Below the pieces are notes generated by a model. It did no database searches, was not told where the DNA came from, and saw nothing but the letters and a program-made list of their open reading frames with translations. Shown in pieces: positions 48,013-59,183 of a stretch of DNA of 64,000 nt. The DNA is taken from NCBI GenBank assembly GCA_965198235.1, contig OZ240248.1, positions 1,024,001 through 1,088,000 of the forward strand, given 5' to 3'. This DNA is from Candidatus Poribacteria bacterium (GTDB taxonomy: Bacteria > Poribacteria > WGA-4E > WGA-3G). The translations under genes and the position numbers were made by a program. Position 1 is the first letter of the stretch. Each line of letters starts with the position of its first letter.

Positions 48013-48148
48013 GTGGAGTGGCTCTCGGCTTTCGGCAGTCAGCAAAGCGGTTTTCTTGCTGGCTGCTGACTGCCGACGGTTATTTGGCTGAAAGCTCTCA
48101 CTGCGAAGTATGCTGACTGCCGACGACTATTCCTAAAGAAACAGAAAC

Positions 48149-48904
48149 ATGGAGGAACAAATGACATTTAGTTATGACGAAACCGATGATTTTGACGAAA
48201 CCGACGATTTTGATGATGAACCACAAGATTCCTATCTGGATGAAGAGGATGACGATTCCGTTGATTTGGAAGATGACTCGGAAGATTCTGGTACTGCACT
48301 CTCTCAGGCATTTCGTGAAGCCTCAACAGTAGAGGTAGTAGAAGAAGATGAAGAAGATGAAGAAGATGAAGAAGATGAAAAAGATGACAGTGCGGAAGAA
48401 ATGGGTGACGATGATACAGGTGACGATGATACAGGTGACGATGATACAGGTGACGATGATACAGGTGACGATGATACTGAAGCATACGAACAACGGCTTG
48501 CTGAAGCGATAGATGCATTGCCGGACGAAGAAGATTTAGAAGTAGTCGTCCCACCGCTGGAATTACCTTCGTTTGAAGTTGGGCTTTTCCGACCACAGGA
48601 GCAAGACAATCTCGCTTATGCAGATGCTGTGGAAGCCTACTATGAAGATAAAGATTATCAACGCGCAATCGAAAAATTTGGAGAGGCTATAGAGAACGAA
48701 GCCCAGGACACAGAGGGAAATGTGACAGATTCCAATTCGATTGTAGCGAAGGCGATGTACTGGCAAGCAGAAGCGTACGTCAAAATGCAAGACATTCCGC
48801 AAGCCATTGTAACTTTTGAGAGTCTCATCCAGACTTATCAAGAACATTACCTTTCGTTAGCCGCACAGCGAAGAACGGCTCAGTTGAACCCGGAAGATTC
48901 TTAA
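48149..48904 (+). CDS. Highly acidic protein with C-terminal TPR (YbgF/BamD-like repeat)
   Basis: D/E-rich N-terminal half; AKAMYWQAEAY TPR-like helix pair. Confidence 0.75.
   Translation: MEEQMTFSYDETDDFDETDDFDDEPQDSYLDEEDDDSVDLEDDSEDSGTALSQAFREASTVEVVEEDEEDEEDEEDEKDDSAEEMGDDDTGDDDTGDDDTGDDDTGDDDTEAYEQRLAEAIDALPDEEDLEVVVPPLELPSFEVGLFRPQEQDNLAYADAVEAYYEDKDYQRAIEKFGEAIENEAQDTEGNVTDSNSIVAKAMYWQAEAYVKMQDIPQAIVTFESLIQTYQEHYLSLAAQRRTAQLNPEDS
48404..48478 (+). repeat. Coding VNTR, 5 x 15 bp (GDDDT)
   Basis: GGTGACGATGATACA repeats. Confidence 0.9.
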
Positions 48905-48931
48905 ATAATTGGCCTTCGCGCTGCCTTCCAT

Positions 48932-49117
48932 TACGTTTCAGGCAGGTTCTTGATACAGGGCAGCTGGAACTTACCAGAAACCATCGTGGAACGATGCGCA
49001 ATGGCCAATAGTTTAAAAACTACGTTTCAGGCAGGTTCTTGATACAGGGCAGCTGGAACTTACCAAAAACCATCGTGGAACGTAGTGGAACGATGCCCAG
49101 AGGCCAATCATTTAAAA
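48932..49117 (+). repeat. Tandem duplication (period 88 bp) of a family A half-element
   Basis: TACGTTTCAGGCAGGTTCTTGATACAGGGCAGCTGGAACTTACCA(G/A)AAACCATCGTGGAACG twice. Confidence 0.85.
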
Positions 49118-50977
49118 ATGGAAACCTTGAAAGATTTTCTCAAACAGAAAGCGACTAACCTACGCATTCATTCGGTCATCTCCACATCGGAGGCAGGTTC
49201 TGGACATCCGACCACATGTCTCTCGGCTGCGGATATCGTCTCAGCACTCTTTTTTCACGCGATGCGTTATGACACGACTGATGCTCAGAACCCCAACAAC
49301 GATAGATTCATCTTGTCAAAGGGACATGCGGCACCGCTACTTTACGCTGCTTATGCGGAAGCAGGTATTATCCCAACCGAAAAGCTACGGACACTGCGAC
49401 AAATTGACAGCATCTTGGAGGGACATCCGACCCCTCGGTTTGAATGGACAGAGGTCGCAACTGGGTCACTTGGACAAGGCTTGTCGCTTGGACTCGGAAT
49501 GGCTCTCAATGGCAAATACTTAGACACCTCTGACTACCGTGTCTATGTCCTCCTTGGCGATGGCGAGACTGCCGAAGGTGGTGTCTGGGAAGCAGCTGCT
49601 TTGGCGTCACACTACAAGCTTAATAATTTGATTGGAATTGTGGATGTCAATGCGCTTGGGCAAAGTCAGCGAACTATGTATGCCTTCGATGTTGATACGT
49701 ATTGTCAGCGTTTTGAGGCGTTTGGTTGGCAAGCCATCGGCATTGATGGGCACGATTTTGATGAAATCCTTCCTGCCCTCGACCAAGCGAAAGCTTCGAG
49801 CGAGAAACCGACGATGATAGTCGCCAAAACTTTTAAGGGGAAAGGGATTTCGTTCCTTGAAAACGCCGACAACTGGCACGGAAAGGCACTTGCCCAAGGT
49901 GAGGAACTTGATAAGGCTTTAGCTGAGCTTGGACCGTTGCAGTCAGATGTTCCCATTCAGATTGAATCTCCTAATCCTGTAAATGCGAGTGCCGATCATC
50001 CCGCCGTGACCGAATATGAACCCCCTGACTATCCGGTGGACGAAGAAATCGCAACGCGTAGTGGCTACGGCGCAGGGCTTGCGAAACTCGGCAGCGCGAA
50101 TCCCAATGTTGTCGCCTTGGACGGAGATACTAAAAACTCCACTTATGCCGAACAATTTATGACACTCCATCCGAACCGCTATTTCGAGATGTTTATCGCG
50201 GAACAAAATTTGGTCGGTGCCGGTATCGGTTTGGCAAAACGTGGCAAAATTCCGTTTGTCTCCACGTTTGCTGCGTTTTTATCGCGTGCCTATGATCAGA
50301 TTCGGATGTCTGCGATCTCACAAGCGAATATTAAATATGCTGGCTCACACTGTGGAGTCTCAATTGGCGAAGACGGTCCCTCACAGATGGGTTTAGAGGA
50401 CATCGCGATGTTCCGTGCGATTCCAGGAGCAGTCGTGCTGTATCCAAGCGATGCAGTTGCCGCTGAACGGCTTGTCGCGGAGGCTGCTGCATACGAAGGT
50501 ATCGTTTATCTCCGCACCTCACGCCCAAAAACCGCTATTCTCTACGATGCTAACGAGAGTTTCCCAATCGGTGGGTGTAAGGTTATTCGGGAAAGCAGTG
50601 AAGATAAAGTGACCGTTGTTGCCGCGGGTGTTGCCCTTCACGAAGCGTTGAAGGCGTATGAAATGCTTGCTGCAGAGGGTCTTGCTATACGTATTATTGA
50701 TCTGTATTCCGTTAAGCCGATTGATAGGGAGGCACTACAAAAGGCGGCATCTGAGACGAACAACACCCTAATCACCGTTGAAGACCATTATCCTGAAGGG
50801 GGTCTGGGTGATGCTGTCCTTGATGCTGTGGCGACTAAAGGGGTCTGCGTCCACAAACTTGCTGTTACAGGAGTGCCGAGGTCTGGGAAACCGGAGGAGC
50901 TCTTGGAACATCACGGCATTAGTGCGGACGCTATAGTGGAAAAAGTTAACAGTCTTCAGTTAACAGTTATCAGTTAA
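49118..50977 (+). CDS. tkt: Transketolase
   Basis: SGHPT, DRFILSKGHAAP, TGSLGQGL, GDGE..EG..WEA, IAEQN, GEDGPSQM. Confidence 0.95.
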   Translation: METLKDFLKQKATNLRIHSVISTSEAGSGHPTTCLSAADIVSALFFHAMRYDTTDAQNPNNDRFILSKGHAAPLLYAAYAEAGIIPTEKLRTLRQIDSILEGHPTPRFEWTEVATGSLGQGLSLGLGMALNGKYLDTSDYRVYVLLGDGETAEGGVWEAAALASHYKLNNLIGIVDVNALGQSQRTMYAFDVDTYCQRFEAFGWQAIGIDGHDFDEILPALDQAKASSEKPTMIVAKTFKGKGISFLENADNWHGKALAQGEELDKALAELGPLQSDVPIQIESPNPVNASADHPAVTEYEPPDYPVDEEIATRSGYGAGLAKLGSANPNVVALDGDTKNSTYAEQFMTLHPNRYFEMFIAEQNLVGAGIGLAKRGKIPFVSTFAAFLSRAYDQIRMSAISQANIKYAGSHCGVSIGEDGPSQMGLEDIAMFRAIPGAVVLYPSDAVAAERLVAEAAAYEGIVYLRTSRPKTAILYDANESFPIGGCKVIRESSEDKVTVVAAGVALHEALKAYEMLAAEGLAIRIIDLYSVKPIDREALQKAASETNNTLITVEDHYPEGGLGDAVLDAVATKGVCVHKLAVTGVPRSGKPEELLEHHGISADAIVEKVNSLQLTVIS

Positions 50978-51091
50978 AGAGGTGTTTTGTTTAACCAAGA
51001 GCCTCTGGTAACTTTAACCATTAACTCGCATATGGATAAAAGTGTTAAGGCACCAGTTGATGGTTAAGACTGACGACTGAAAACTATAAAC

Positions 51092-51460
51092 ATGCAAAAC
51101 ACAATCATCTGGATGACTGTCTTGAGTGTTATCTTCCTCGTTGGGATTGGGATGATTTACGCCTTACGTGTCCCGCAGGCAGTCCCTAAAACCTATCCAG
51201 CGGATAAAGGTCCCAACTTTATTGATGTTACCACCTATTCACCTAAAATGCAGGAGGCTTATGAGCTTTTTACCCGTAAATGTAGCCGGTGCCATACCAT
51301 TGCACGCCCCATTAATTCTTCTTTTGCCGCAGAGGAATGGCGAGAGTATGTCTATAAGATGATGCGGAAACCGGGTTCGGGACTTACTCCTAAGACCGCG
51401 GAAGAGATCATTAAATTCCTGATCTATGATTCAGAACATAGGGAGAAAAATACGCAGTGA
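51092..51460 (+). CDS. Membrane-anchored monoheme cytochrome c
   Basis: N-terminal TM helix, CSRCH, W..YV.KMM. Confidence 0.8.
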   Translation: MQNTIIWMTVLSVIFLVGIGMIYALRVPQAVPKTYPADKGPNFIDVTTYSPKMQEAYELFTRKCSRCHTIARPINSSFAAEEWREYVYKMMRKPGSGLTPKTAEEIIKFLIYDSEHREKNTQ

Positions 51461-52189
51461 TTCATGCAGTATCGACTCGCAGGTTGAGGACTATAGTGGG
51501 ATTCATGATGTTGACAGCGGGACTGTTCTGTGCAGTAGGCTTACGAGTAGGCTTGACCGAAGAGGGGAATATGAACAAAAAGGATTTTCAGATTTCGATA
51601 GATGCTCAACGCGTCCCATTTGAAGTTTTACGCCAAACACCGAGAAAAGTTAAACCTTGTCTCCATTGCTCTCGATGCACAAGGCGCATCCGTCGTACGC
51701 CCATGGCATGATGCGGCAAACGCCGATTTTGTCACGCTTATTGATTCACAGAATACATTCGGCTCCCGCTATGACCTCAAAGCTATCCCTTATGGTGTTA
51801 TGGTTGATGAGGCGGGACGGTTGGTAAAAGCACCGTTCAACATCAATGTTACAGATCAAAAAACCCTCGCGATGCTTGAAAAGTGGTTGTCGGACCCCGA
51901 TTATAATGCGAAGCTGCTTCGTGATGTGAAACCCTTAGATGCGCTAAATGCGCAAACTACCACTGAAGCCTCTGCCCGTTTCCAACTTGGTCTGGTCTTG
52001 TTGGAGGTTGGGAAAAAGGAGGAAGCGATGGCAGAATGGCGGAAGGCTTTGGCATTAGACCCCCAAAACTGGATTATCCATAAACAAATTTGGGCAGTGG
52101 AGCATCCGGACAAATTCTACGAGAATGGAGTCGATTACGGTTGGCAAAAGGCGCAATTAGAAGCAGAAAAAAGTAAATTGTATGAGTAA
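51457..52189 (+). pseudogene. Thioredoxin-fold (TlpA/AhpC-like) plus TPR protein, frameshifted near 51620 and lacking an active-site segment
   Basis: N-part in frame 51457; C-part FYAKH..LVSIALD...TLID..N..G.RY..KAIP..VMVDE.G in frame 51602; no CxxC in the redoxin frame. Confidence 0.6.
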
Positions 52190-52229
52190 ACTCCTGATTG
52201 AAATTTTTCTGTAGGATAGATCTCTAAAT

Positions 52230-52577
52230 CGTAATTTTTCCCAGATAGTTGTCCATATCTCGCTGATTGGTTGCATTATACAGTTGGTGAACGCTGCGCT
52301 TCTGCTTGTTTTTAAGGACATAGAAGGGGTCAAAAGCGCGGCAGACTTAAAAATGATTCCTGGATTGCATCTGCTGTTTGCTTCCGTGTTAGGGGGGCAG
52401 GTGAACCCTAAAATAATGATGTTTCTCAGTCATATCAACCCGTTGAGCTTGTGGCTAATCGCAGTGACAGCAATAGCAATCGCGGTACTTGCCGATATGG
52501 AAAAAAACAGAGCCCGTGTCGCGGCAGTAATTCTGTGGGTAATCAGTATTCTGCCTGAGGTCGTGTTTGCCACCTGA
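52230..52577 (+). pseudogene. 5'-truncated Yip1-like membrane protein fragment
   Basis: L..INP.SLW pattern and TM helices; no RBS or start; begins next to a GTAGGATAGATCTC REP-like stub. Confidence 0.4.
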
Positions 52578-52642
52578 GCATCGAAATTATGAAAGAGAGT
52601 TGGTAGAATCTTATGGATCATGAATGATGTAGGTGGAGGAAA

Positions 52643-55600
52643 ATGATGAATACAAGAGAAGGTTACGCAGGATTACAAGCGAGAATTTTGGATGCGCGAC
52701 GCGTGTGGAAACGGAGCCTCTTCTGGACGGGGTTTGCTATTGTCCTGACGGGTGTTATCGTTTTACTGGTGGGTGAAGCCATAGTTGATTGGCTGATGCC
52801 GCTCCCAAATGCTATACGTATCGCTTTATTGGCTATCGGGGCAGGTGTTATCGGTTACCTGCTGTATAAGTATCTCGTTCAACCGCTCCGGGCATCGCTC
52901 ACGCTTCGTGATATCGCCCTCAACGTTGAGAGAAACCATCCGAACCTTGAAGATAGATTGGTGAGTGCCATCGAATTCGGAAACCGCGAATCGGCGGATC
53001 CGATTGAAGCACACATGCTCCAACGCTTGCTTGAGGATACCATTGATCGGGTGAAAGGCATCAATTTCAAAGCAACGATCGATCACAGTCGCACCCGTAA
53101 GCATGTTGGCATTGCTGCTTTGGTTGTTGTCGGTTGTGCTATCCTTTCACTGTTGTTTCCGACAGAAATCCATACGAGCCTGCTCCGTGTACTGGTCCCT
53201 TGGGAGAAAACGGATCCGATTTTGACAACCAAACTCGCTGTTGAGCCAGGAAATGCGCGTATCCTCCGCGGCAAGAGTCTACCGATTCATGTCACTGTCA
53301 CCGGTAAATCTGCTGAAAAGGTCGTCTTGACGTATAGAGATATTGGCGCGCAGCAACCCTCCGCATCCGAAATCAAGAAAGCCGAACAACAGATTAACAT
53401 GTTGCAAAACCCGGACGATAAACGCGGGTTTGCCTATGAAATTTTCAACATTGATGCCGATATGGAATACTATGTCGTTGCAAACGAGGCGACTTCAGAA
53501 CGCTACACGGTTGAAGTCTTTGAAATGCCAAAGGTGACTGAAATTTCGGTCGCTTACACTTACCCTGATTATACGGGTCTTAAACCTGTTGTGCAAACAG
53601 GAACAGGAGATATTCATGCTGTCGTCGGCACGCAAGCAGAAATAAGACTTACGACGAACAAAGCTATTCAAACTGCAACGTTCTCCCGTAAAACTGATGG
53701 GGTGGACGACTTACAGGTTTCCACTACTGAGGAGTTGGGCGCGACACCAGAACCTGTTTCAGCCCAAATGGCTATCTCTGGTGGAAACACGCTTACGACC
53801 ACTATAGATGTTGTTGAAGACGGAAGTTATGCCATTCAGCTGCTATGTATTGATGGATTCAACAACGAGATACCGATCGAATACACGATCAAAGCCATTC
53901 CAGACGCTATTCCAGAAGTCGTTATTAAAGAACCCGGTCGAGATGTGAAAGCTACAAAATTAGATGAGGTGGAAATCATCGCTGAAGCAACAGATGACTA
54001 CGGCGTTGCAGAATTGAAACTCATGTATCGCGTCGGATCCGATGCATTGCAGGAACTCGTGATGGAATCCTCCGTTGCCACTCCGATTGTAGGATCCGGA
54101 TCTGGTGCTGACCCCCGTCACGTTGCAGACGGCACCTATACCTTCTATCTGGAGGAATTTGATGTTGAACCGGGGGATATTATCTCCTACTACGCGCACG
54201 CTATCGATAACAACACACGCACCGGTCCCGGTGAAGCCAGTAGCGACATTTACTTCATTGAAATCCGTCCCTTTAATGAAAATTTCCAAGAAGGAGAAGG
54301 TGAACCTGGAGAGGCTGAACCCAATCCACTTTCGGGGGTAATTAGCTCCCAGAAGGAAATTATCCGAGAGACATCGAAGCACATTCGCTCGAAACCTGTA
54401 ACGGTTACCGAGAAATATCAGGCTGTCGTTAGGAAAACGGGTGAAAAACAAACCGAACTAAAGGATAAGACACAACGAGTTGTAGATGAATTTAGTGCTG
54501 CGATGCAAATGCACTCGGGAGTTTCGCCCGAAATCTTAATGAACTTAGAGGATGCGATAGACAGAATGGGTGAAGCGAGTGGTAGTTTGAACGCTGTCCG
54601 TCCTGATGAGGCAATTCCGCCGGAACAGGAAGCACTTGAATTGCTGATTAAAGTTAGTCTTGAGCTTCCCAAGGTGCTGATGCAGATGCGGAATAATAAT
54701 CCGCAACTCGCTGAGGACCTTGAACTTGAAATGGAGGAGTTGCAAAGCGAGCTTGAGAATCAGCAGAACGAACTCGACATGGATATGCAGGAGCAGACGC
54801 AGGAGATGTTGGATCAAGCGCGTCAGATGTTAGGGGAACAGCAGCAACTGAGTCAACAAAGTCAGCAGTTAGGGCGTGAAAGCCAACCCGCGCCGAGTGA
54901 GATGCAGCAGAACAGCCAACAACAGGAACAGCTGGCACAACAAGCACAACAGATGGAACAGCAACTCAACACCATGCAACAAAGTGGACAAGGCACCCAA
55001 GGGCAACGCTTAAACCAAGCTGGACAGGCGATGCAACAGGCGGGTGAACAGATGGAGGAAGCCGCGCAGGGTATGCAACAGGAAGAACCGCAACTGAGTG
55101 CCGCCAAGGGACAAAAAGCGGAAGAAAGACTTGGGGAAGCCATTGAACAGTTAGAAAAGGTCGCCGCGGAATACACAGATGTTGCGCTTGATAGAGCCTC
55201 TCAACAACTTGAGCAGTTGACAGAAGCGCAATCCGATGTTCAGCAGCAGACACAGGAACTCAGAGGCCGTTCTCAGCAATCAGAGATGCGCCCTGAAGAT
55301 TTCCGAAAAGCGTCTGAGCTTGCCAATCAGCAGCGCGAGCTTCAACGCAATCTGGAGGCACTTGAGCGCACGCTGAGAGACATCCAGGAGCAACTCACTC
55401 AAGACAATCCGGAGGCAGCCCAAAATGTAGCTGATGCGACAAGACGTCTCGCTGAAGAGCAGACTGCGGGAGATATGGCGACTGCACAACGTGCCTTGCA
55501 ATGGCGTAGTTTCCGAGCCGCTGACCAGAATCAGCAAGAAGCCTTAGATACATTGGAGCAGACACAAGGGGATCTGCAGCAAGCGCGAGCCAATATGGCG

Positions 55601-56116
55601 AATACCGAAGAAGAGCAACTTGAAGCTGCACTTGAACAACTCCAACAAACTCGGGAACGGATGCAGGACATCCAACGCGAACTTCAAGCGATGGAAGGTC
55701 AGGAGCAGACGGAGGAACAGCAGCGTCGGCGGGAACAACTCGCGCAACAACAGCAGCAGATTCAAGAGCAGATGCAACGCGCACAAGAAGCGATGCAAAG
55801 GCAGAGTGGGAACCAACCCGGCTCCGATGAACCCGCAGATCAGGAAGCCCGGGCAGGGGGCAGGGAGTCAGACAGGGAGATTGATAGGCTCTGGCTCGGC
55901 ATGCTTGATACAATGGACTACCGACCCGGAAATCGCTCAAATCCATTTCCTAAATACGAATTCGTTATTAGAGACCTCGGTAAGTTGGAGACCGCACTCG
56001 AAGAGCGGCTTAACACACTTCAGGAGAAAAAACGGCTCGCTCAGGTCACAAAAGAAGATGTCCCGCCTGAGTACCGCAGGCTCGTTGATGATTACTATGA
56101 GTCTTTGTCGCAGTAG
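52643..56116 (+). CDS. Large membrane-anchored Q/E-rich coiled-coil protein (DUF4175-like)
   Basis: N-terminal TMs, L.DRLVSA.E, YP.YTGL, A.DDYGV, C-terminal VPPEYR.LV.DYY.SL. Confidence 0.82.
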   Translation: MMNTREGYAGLQARILDARRVWKRSLFWTGFAIVLTGVIVLLVGEAIVDWLMPLPNAIRIALLAIGAGVIGYLLYKYLVQPLRASLTLRDIALNVERNHPNLEDRLVSAIEFGNRESADPIEAHMLQRLLEDTIDRVKGINFKATIDHSRTRKHVGIAALVVVGCAILSLLFPTEIHTSLLRVLVPWEKTDPILTTKLAVEPGNARILRGKSLPIHVTVTGKSAEKVVLTYRDIGAQQPSASEIKKAEQQINMLQNPDDKRGFAYEIFNIDADMEYYVVANEATSERYTVEVFEMPKVTEISVAYTYPDYTGLKPVVQTGTGDIHAVVGTQAEIRLTTNKAIQTATFSRKTDGVDDLQVSTTEELGATPEPVSAQMAISGGNTLTTTIDVVEDGSYAIQLLCIDGFNNEIPIEYTIKAIPDAIPEVVIKEPGRDVKATKLDEVEIIAEATDDYGVAELKLMYRVGSDALQELVMESSVATPIVGSGSGADPRHVADGTYTFYLEEFDVEPGDIISYYAHAIDNNTRTGPGEASSDIYFIEIRPFNENFQEGEGEPGEAEPNPLSGVISSQKEIIRETSKHIRSKPVTVTEKYQAVVRKTGEKQTELKDKTQRVVDEFSAAMQMHSGVSPEILMNLEDAIDRMGEASGSLNAVRPDEAIPPEQEALELLIKVSLELPKVLMQMRNNNPQLAEDLELEMEELQSELENQQNELDMDMQEQTQEMLDQARQMLGEQQQLSQQSQQLGRESQPAPSEMQQNSQQQEQLAQQAQQMEQQLNTMQQSGQGTQGQRLNQAGQAMQQAGEQMEEAAQGMQQEEPQLSAAKGQKAEERLGEAIEQLEKVAAEYTDVALDRASQQLEQLTEAQSDVQQQTQELRGRSQQSEMRPEDFRKASELANQQRELQRNLEALERTLRDIQEQLTQDNPEAAQNVADATRRLAEEQTAGDMATAQRALQWRSFRAADQNQQEALDTLEQTQGDLQQARANMANTEEEQLEAALEQLQQTRERMQDIQRELQAMEGQEQTEEQQRRREQLAQQQQQIQEQMQRAQEAMQRQSGNQPGSDEPADQEARAGGRESDREIDRLWLGMLDTMDYRPGNRSNPFPKYEFVIRDLGKLETALEERLNTLQEKKRLAQVTKEDVPPEYRRLVDDYYESLSQ

Positions 56117-56338
56117 TTGGCTGTCAGTAGCCAACAGCCAGTTGTCAGTAGTTTGTGTGGCAGTTACTATCATTATTTCCTGCTACAATGCTCTCTTGAT
56201 GGCTATTCATGACCCAAACCCAGTTGACTTCATTGGAGACCACCGTGAAACATGGTGGAACGGTTTAACCATCAACTCGACTCCGTTATAAATGTTAAAG
56301 CACGAGTTGATGGTTAACAGATTTAATAATTTAAAAAC

Positions 56339-57151
56339 ATGGAACTTGAGACTAAGAATATCATTAAACCCGGCGAACTCGTCAATCTGAACGATTACGC
56401 ACCCGATTTCACGGGGGCTTATGAAAAAAAAGGTCAAACGAAGCGCAGGCTGAAAAAACTCCATAAGCAACTCCTGAAACTTCAGGAACTGCTTTACGCT
56501 GAAAATCAGCATGCCCTTCTCATCATTCTGCAAGGCATGGATACATGTGGTAAAGATGGCACCATTCGGAGGGTAATGGCTGGTATCAACGTCCAAGGAT
56601 GCGATGTTGTTAGTTTTAAAGTCCCTTCTGCGGATGAACTTTCCCGTGATTTCTTATGGCGTGCCCATAGAGCCGTTCCACCGAAAGGGAAAATCGGTAT
56701 ATTTAACCGTTCGCATTATGAAGATGTCCTCGTTGTTCGGGTACATAATTTAGTGCCAGAGGAGATCTGGTCGCAGCACTATCAGCAGATCAACGATTTT
56801 GAGAAGATGCTCGTTGAAAGTGGAACGGTCGTCCTGAAATTTTTCCTTCACATCTCAAAAGATGAACAGAAAGCGCGTCTTGAATCTCGGATTAGCGATC
56901 CGACGAAACATTGGAAAGTCGAGGAATCCGATGTTCGGGAACGTGCCTATTGGGATGATTATATGCAAGCGTACGAAGTGATGCTCGAAAAGTGTAGTAC
57001 CGACTGGGCACCTTGGTATGTAATTCCCGCGAATAACAAGTGGTATCGGAACCTCGTTATCACGGAGTGTGTCGTTGAGACGCTCAGAAAACTGGACATG
57101 AGGTATCCCGAACCTGCTGTTGATATTACCAAATTCACGATTGGGGATTGA
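56339..57151 (+). CDS. ppk2: Polyphosphate kinase 2 family protein
   Basis: LQGMDTCGKDG, FNRSHYEDVL, KFFLHISKDEQ, APWYVIPA..KW. Confidence 0.93.
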   Translation: MELETKNIIKPGELVNLNDYAPDFTGAYEKKGQTKRRLKKLHKQLLKLQELLYAENQHALLIILQGMDTCGKDGTIRRVMAGINVQGCDVVSFKVPSADELSRDFLWRAHRAVPPKGKIGIFNRSHYEDVLVVRVHNLVPEEIWSQHYQQINDFEKMLVESGTVVLKFFLHISKDEQKARLESRISDPTKHWKVEESDVRERAYWDDYMQAYEVMLEKCSTDWAPWYVIPANNKWYRNLVITECVVETLRKLDMRYPEPAVDITKFTIGD

Positions 57152-57386
57152 AATTTTTAATTATACCTTGCGGTTCGATAAGACGTGTTTGGATATTGAC
57201 GTGCCTTTCCGTATATCTGAAGAAACGCCCAAGCAAAAACCCCTCTGCTACGCTACGGGCTACCACAATTTTGGTTTAATGTTTCCAAGACAAAAGAAAC
57301 GTCAAAATTCCCAAACATAGTCGAGACTTAACCGAAAACCTGCCCGTAATGTAATGGAGGGCAGCCCAGGAGCAATAAATTAAAAA

Positions 57387-58166
57387 ATGCTTTCAAAACA
57401 GCAGTTATCGCAATTTGAAGAAGAAGGCTATTTACTGCTTTCCGGCTTGATGCCGCAAGAGACTGTCACAAAAGCGGAGGAAGCGATGTGGCACATGATG
57501 GGCATGGATGCGGATAATCCAGATTCATGGGCGCATTTCAAACGTCCGCCCCTCTCCGGCTTTTATATGCAGGAGATGGCAAATGGTAAGCGAATTGAAC
57601 TTTTCGGCGTTACCCATCTGGATGTATTCGCGTGTTGCACGCCTGATTATCTCACCGTCCTCAAACAACTCACATCCCGCTACCCAGAAATTCCCCATTG
57701 TGGGGGTCAGTCTCCTGATGGCATCTGGGCACTCAATCAATTCCCCGTTTCAGCCGAATGGAAAAGTCCATCACCGCACTTGGATGGCGATTTTCGGGAT
57801 TTTCGGCTGGATCCCGGGACATTTCGGGCAACCAGTTTGACCTACCTCACCGATGCGAATTCACACGGTGGAACGACATTTATATGGCCCGAAGGTCCGC
57901 AACGGATTCGAGCGTTCCGTAAGGAAAATCCGGAATTCTCCAACCATGTCCGTGATGTCCGCGCCCACTTTCCAGAGCTGGATTTAGGCGAACCGATGGA
58001 AGTTGTTGCGAAACAGGGGGATGTGCTATTTTTTCACCACCTGCTACCGCATTCTGGAACAATCAATGTTGGGGATTCCGCGCGCTTCGCGATCCGATAT
58101 ATGTGCTTGTGCCTCGCCTGTCGCAAGTGGGAGAAGAAAGGGGAGTGGAACATCTGGATGCCATAA
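57387..58166 (+). CDS. Phytanoyl-CoA dioxygenase (PhyH) family protein
   Basis: F.EEGYL, HLD, GGT..WP, GDVLFFH..LPHSG. Confidence 0.85.
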   Translation: MLSKQQLSQFEEEGYLLLSGLMPQETVTKAEEAMWHMMGMDADNPDSWAHFKRPPLSGFYMQEMANGKRIELFGVTHLDVFACCTPDYLTVLKQLTSRYPEIPHCGGQSPDGIWALNQFPVSAEWKSPSPHLDGDFRDFRLDPGTFRATSLTYLTDANSHGGTTFIWPEGPQRIRAFRKENPEFSNHVRDVRAHFPELDLGEPMEVVAKQGDVLFFHHLLPHSGTINVGDSARFAIRYMCLCLACRKWEKKGEWNIWMP

Positions 58167-58191
58167 TGAAGACTTGATGGAGGAATGAAAG

Positions 58192-58941
58192 ATGATTCAA
58201 GATAGACGGACTCCCTTTTGCAAATATGTCTTGTTGACTTTCGTCATTGTTTTGAGCTTCGCTATTGTGAAAACTGCAACTGCACAAGAGGTCTACGCCC
58301 AAACTGGGTTTGAGAAGTTCGCCGTCGGTGACCCGCCACCAGACTGGGAAGTAACAGGTGGCGACTTTGAAGTTACTAAGGACACTGTCAAAACCGACAA
58401 AAAATCACTCGCTATCTTGGGCGGGGGAGATGGCGACGGGCTTGGCGTGCCGATAGAGACCGAGAATCCTATCATTTCGGTTGAATTCTGGATTTATATT
58501 GAGAGTGGTGGTAGGTCTTTCAATGTCAAAGTAGCCTCTGCCGACAACATTGGCGAAAATACCGGTTGCACCTACATCAATTGGGATGCGGATATGGTTC
58601 GCCTCTACGATGGTGCCGCGTGGCAACCCATAGGGGACTTTGAAACCGATACATGGAAATACGTTCGGATTGTTGCGAATTTCGATAAAAGCGAATTCGA
58701 TTTCTCCGCAGGAGACGACAGGAACGATGCTTTAGGTGCTAAGCCAGAGAAAGGGCTCCCTTTTCGGAATGCTGCGCTCGGTCCCGTTGCCAAGTGGGTC
58801 GTTTTCTATGTCTGGGGAATGACAGCCCCCGGTTATGTTGATGATTTACTAATCTATGAAGGGGCGGATCCACTTGACCTTGCCGTTGACCCGAACGGGA
58901 AACTCACTACACTCTGGGGACGCGTCAAGAATGGGTTGTAG
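58192..58941 (+). CDS. Secreted beta-sandwich protein
   Basis: Signal peptide; tail AVDPNGKLTTLWGRVK. Confidence 0.75.
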   Translation: MIQDRRTPFCKYVLLTFVIVLSFAIVKTATAQEVYAQTGFEKFAVGDPPPDWEVTGGDFEVTKDTVKTDKKSLAILGGGDGDGLGVPIETENPIISVEFWIYIESGGRSFNVKVASADNIGENTGCTYINWDADMVRLYDGAAWQPIGDFETDTWKYVRIVANFDKSEFDFSAGDDRNDALGAKPEKGLPFRNAALGPVAKWVVFYVWGMTAPGYVDDLLIYEGADPLDLAVDPNGKLTTLWGRVKNGL

Positions 58942-59183
58942 GAGCGATTTTTAATTTATTGAATCTGGACGTTGCTCCAAATGTAAAGCAAAGACAAATT
59001 ATGCCTTAAACGGCATAATTTCATTCCGCAACGGTTTCCGGTTAAGTCACGACTGGATCTGGGAATCTGTTCATTCACAATTAGACAAGAGCACGCAGCT
59101 TGGAACGTAGTGGAAAGCGGGGCTACGGAAAGGAGCTTTCAAGTCGCAACTCACCTGAACGAACCGCAAGGAAAATTAGAAAT

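Noticed and set aside
53699-54118. GTAG-type REP-like stubs inside the DUF4175-like gene
   Set aside because: Stems are short and imperfect; cannot be told from chance without orthologue alignment.
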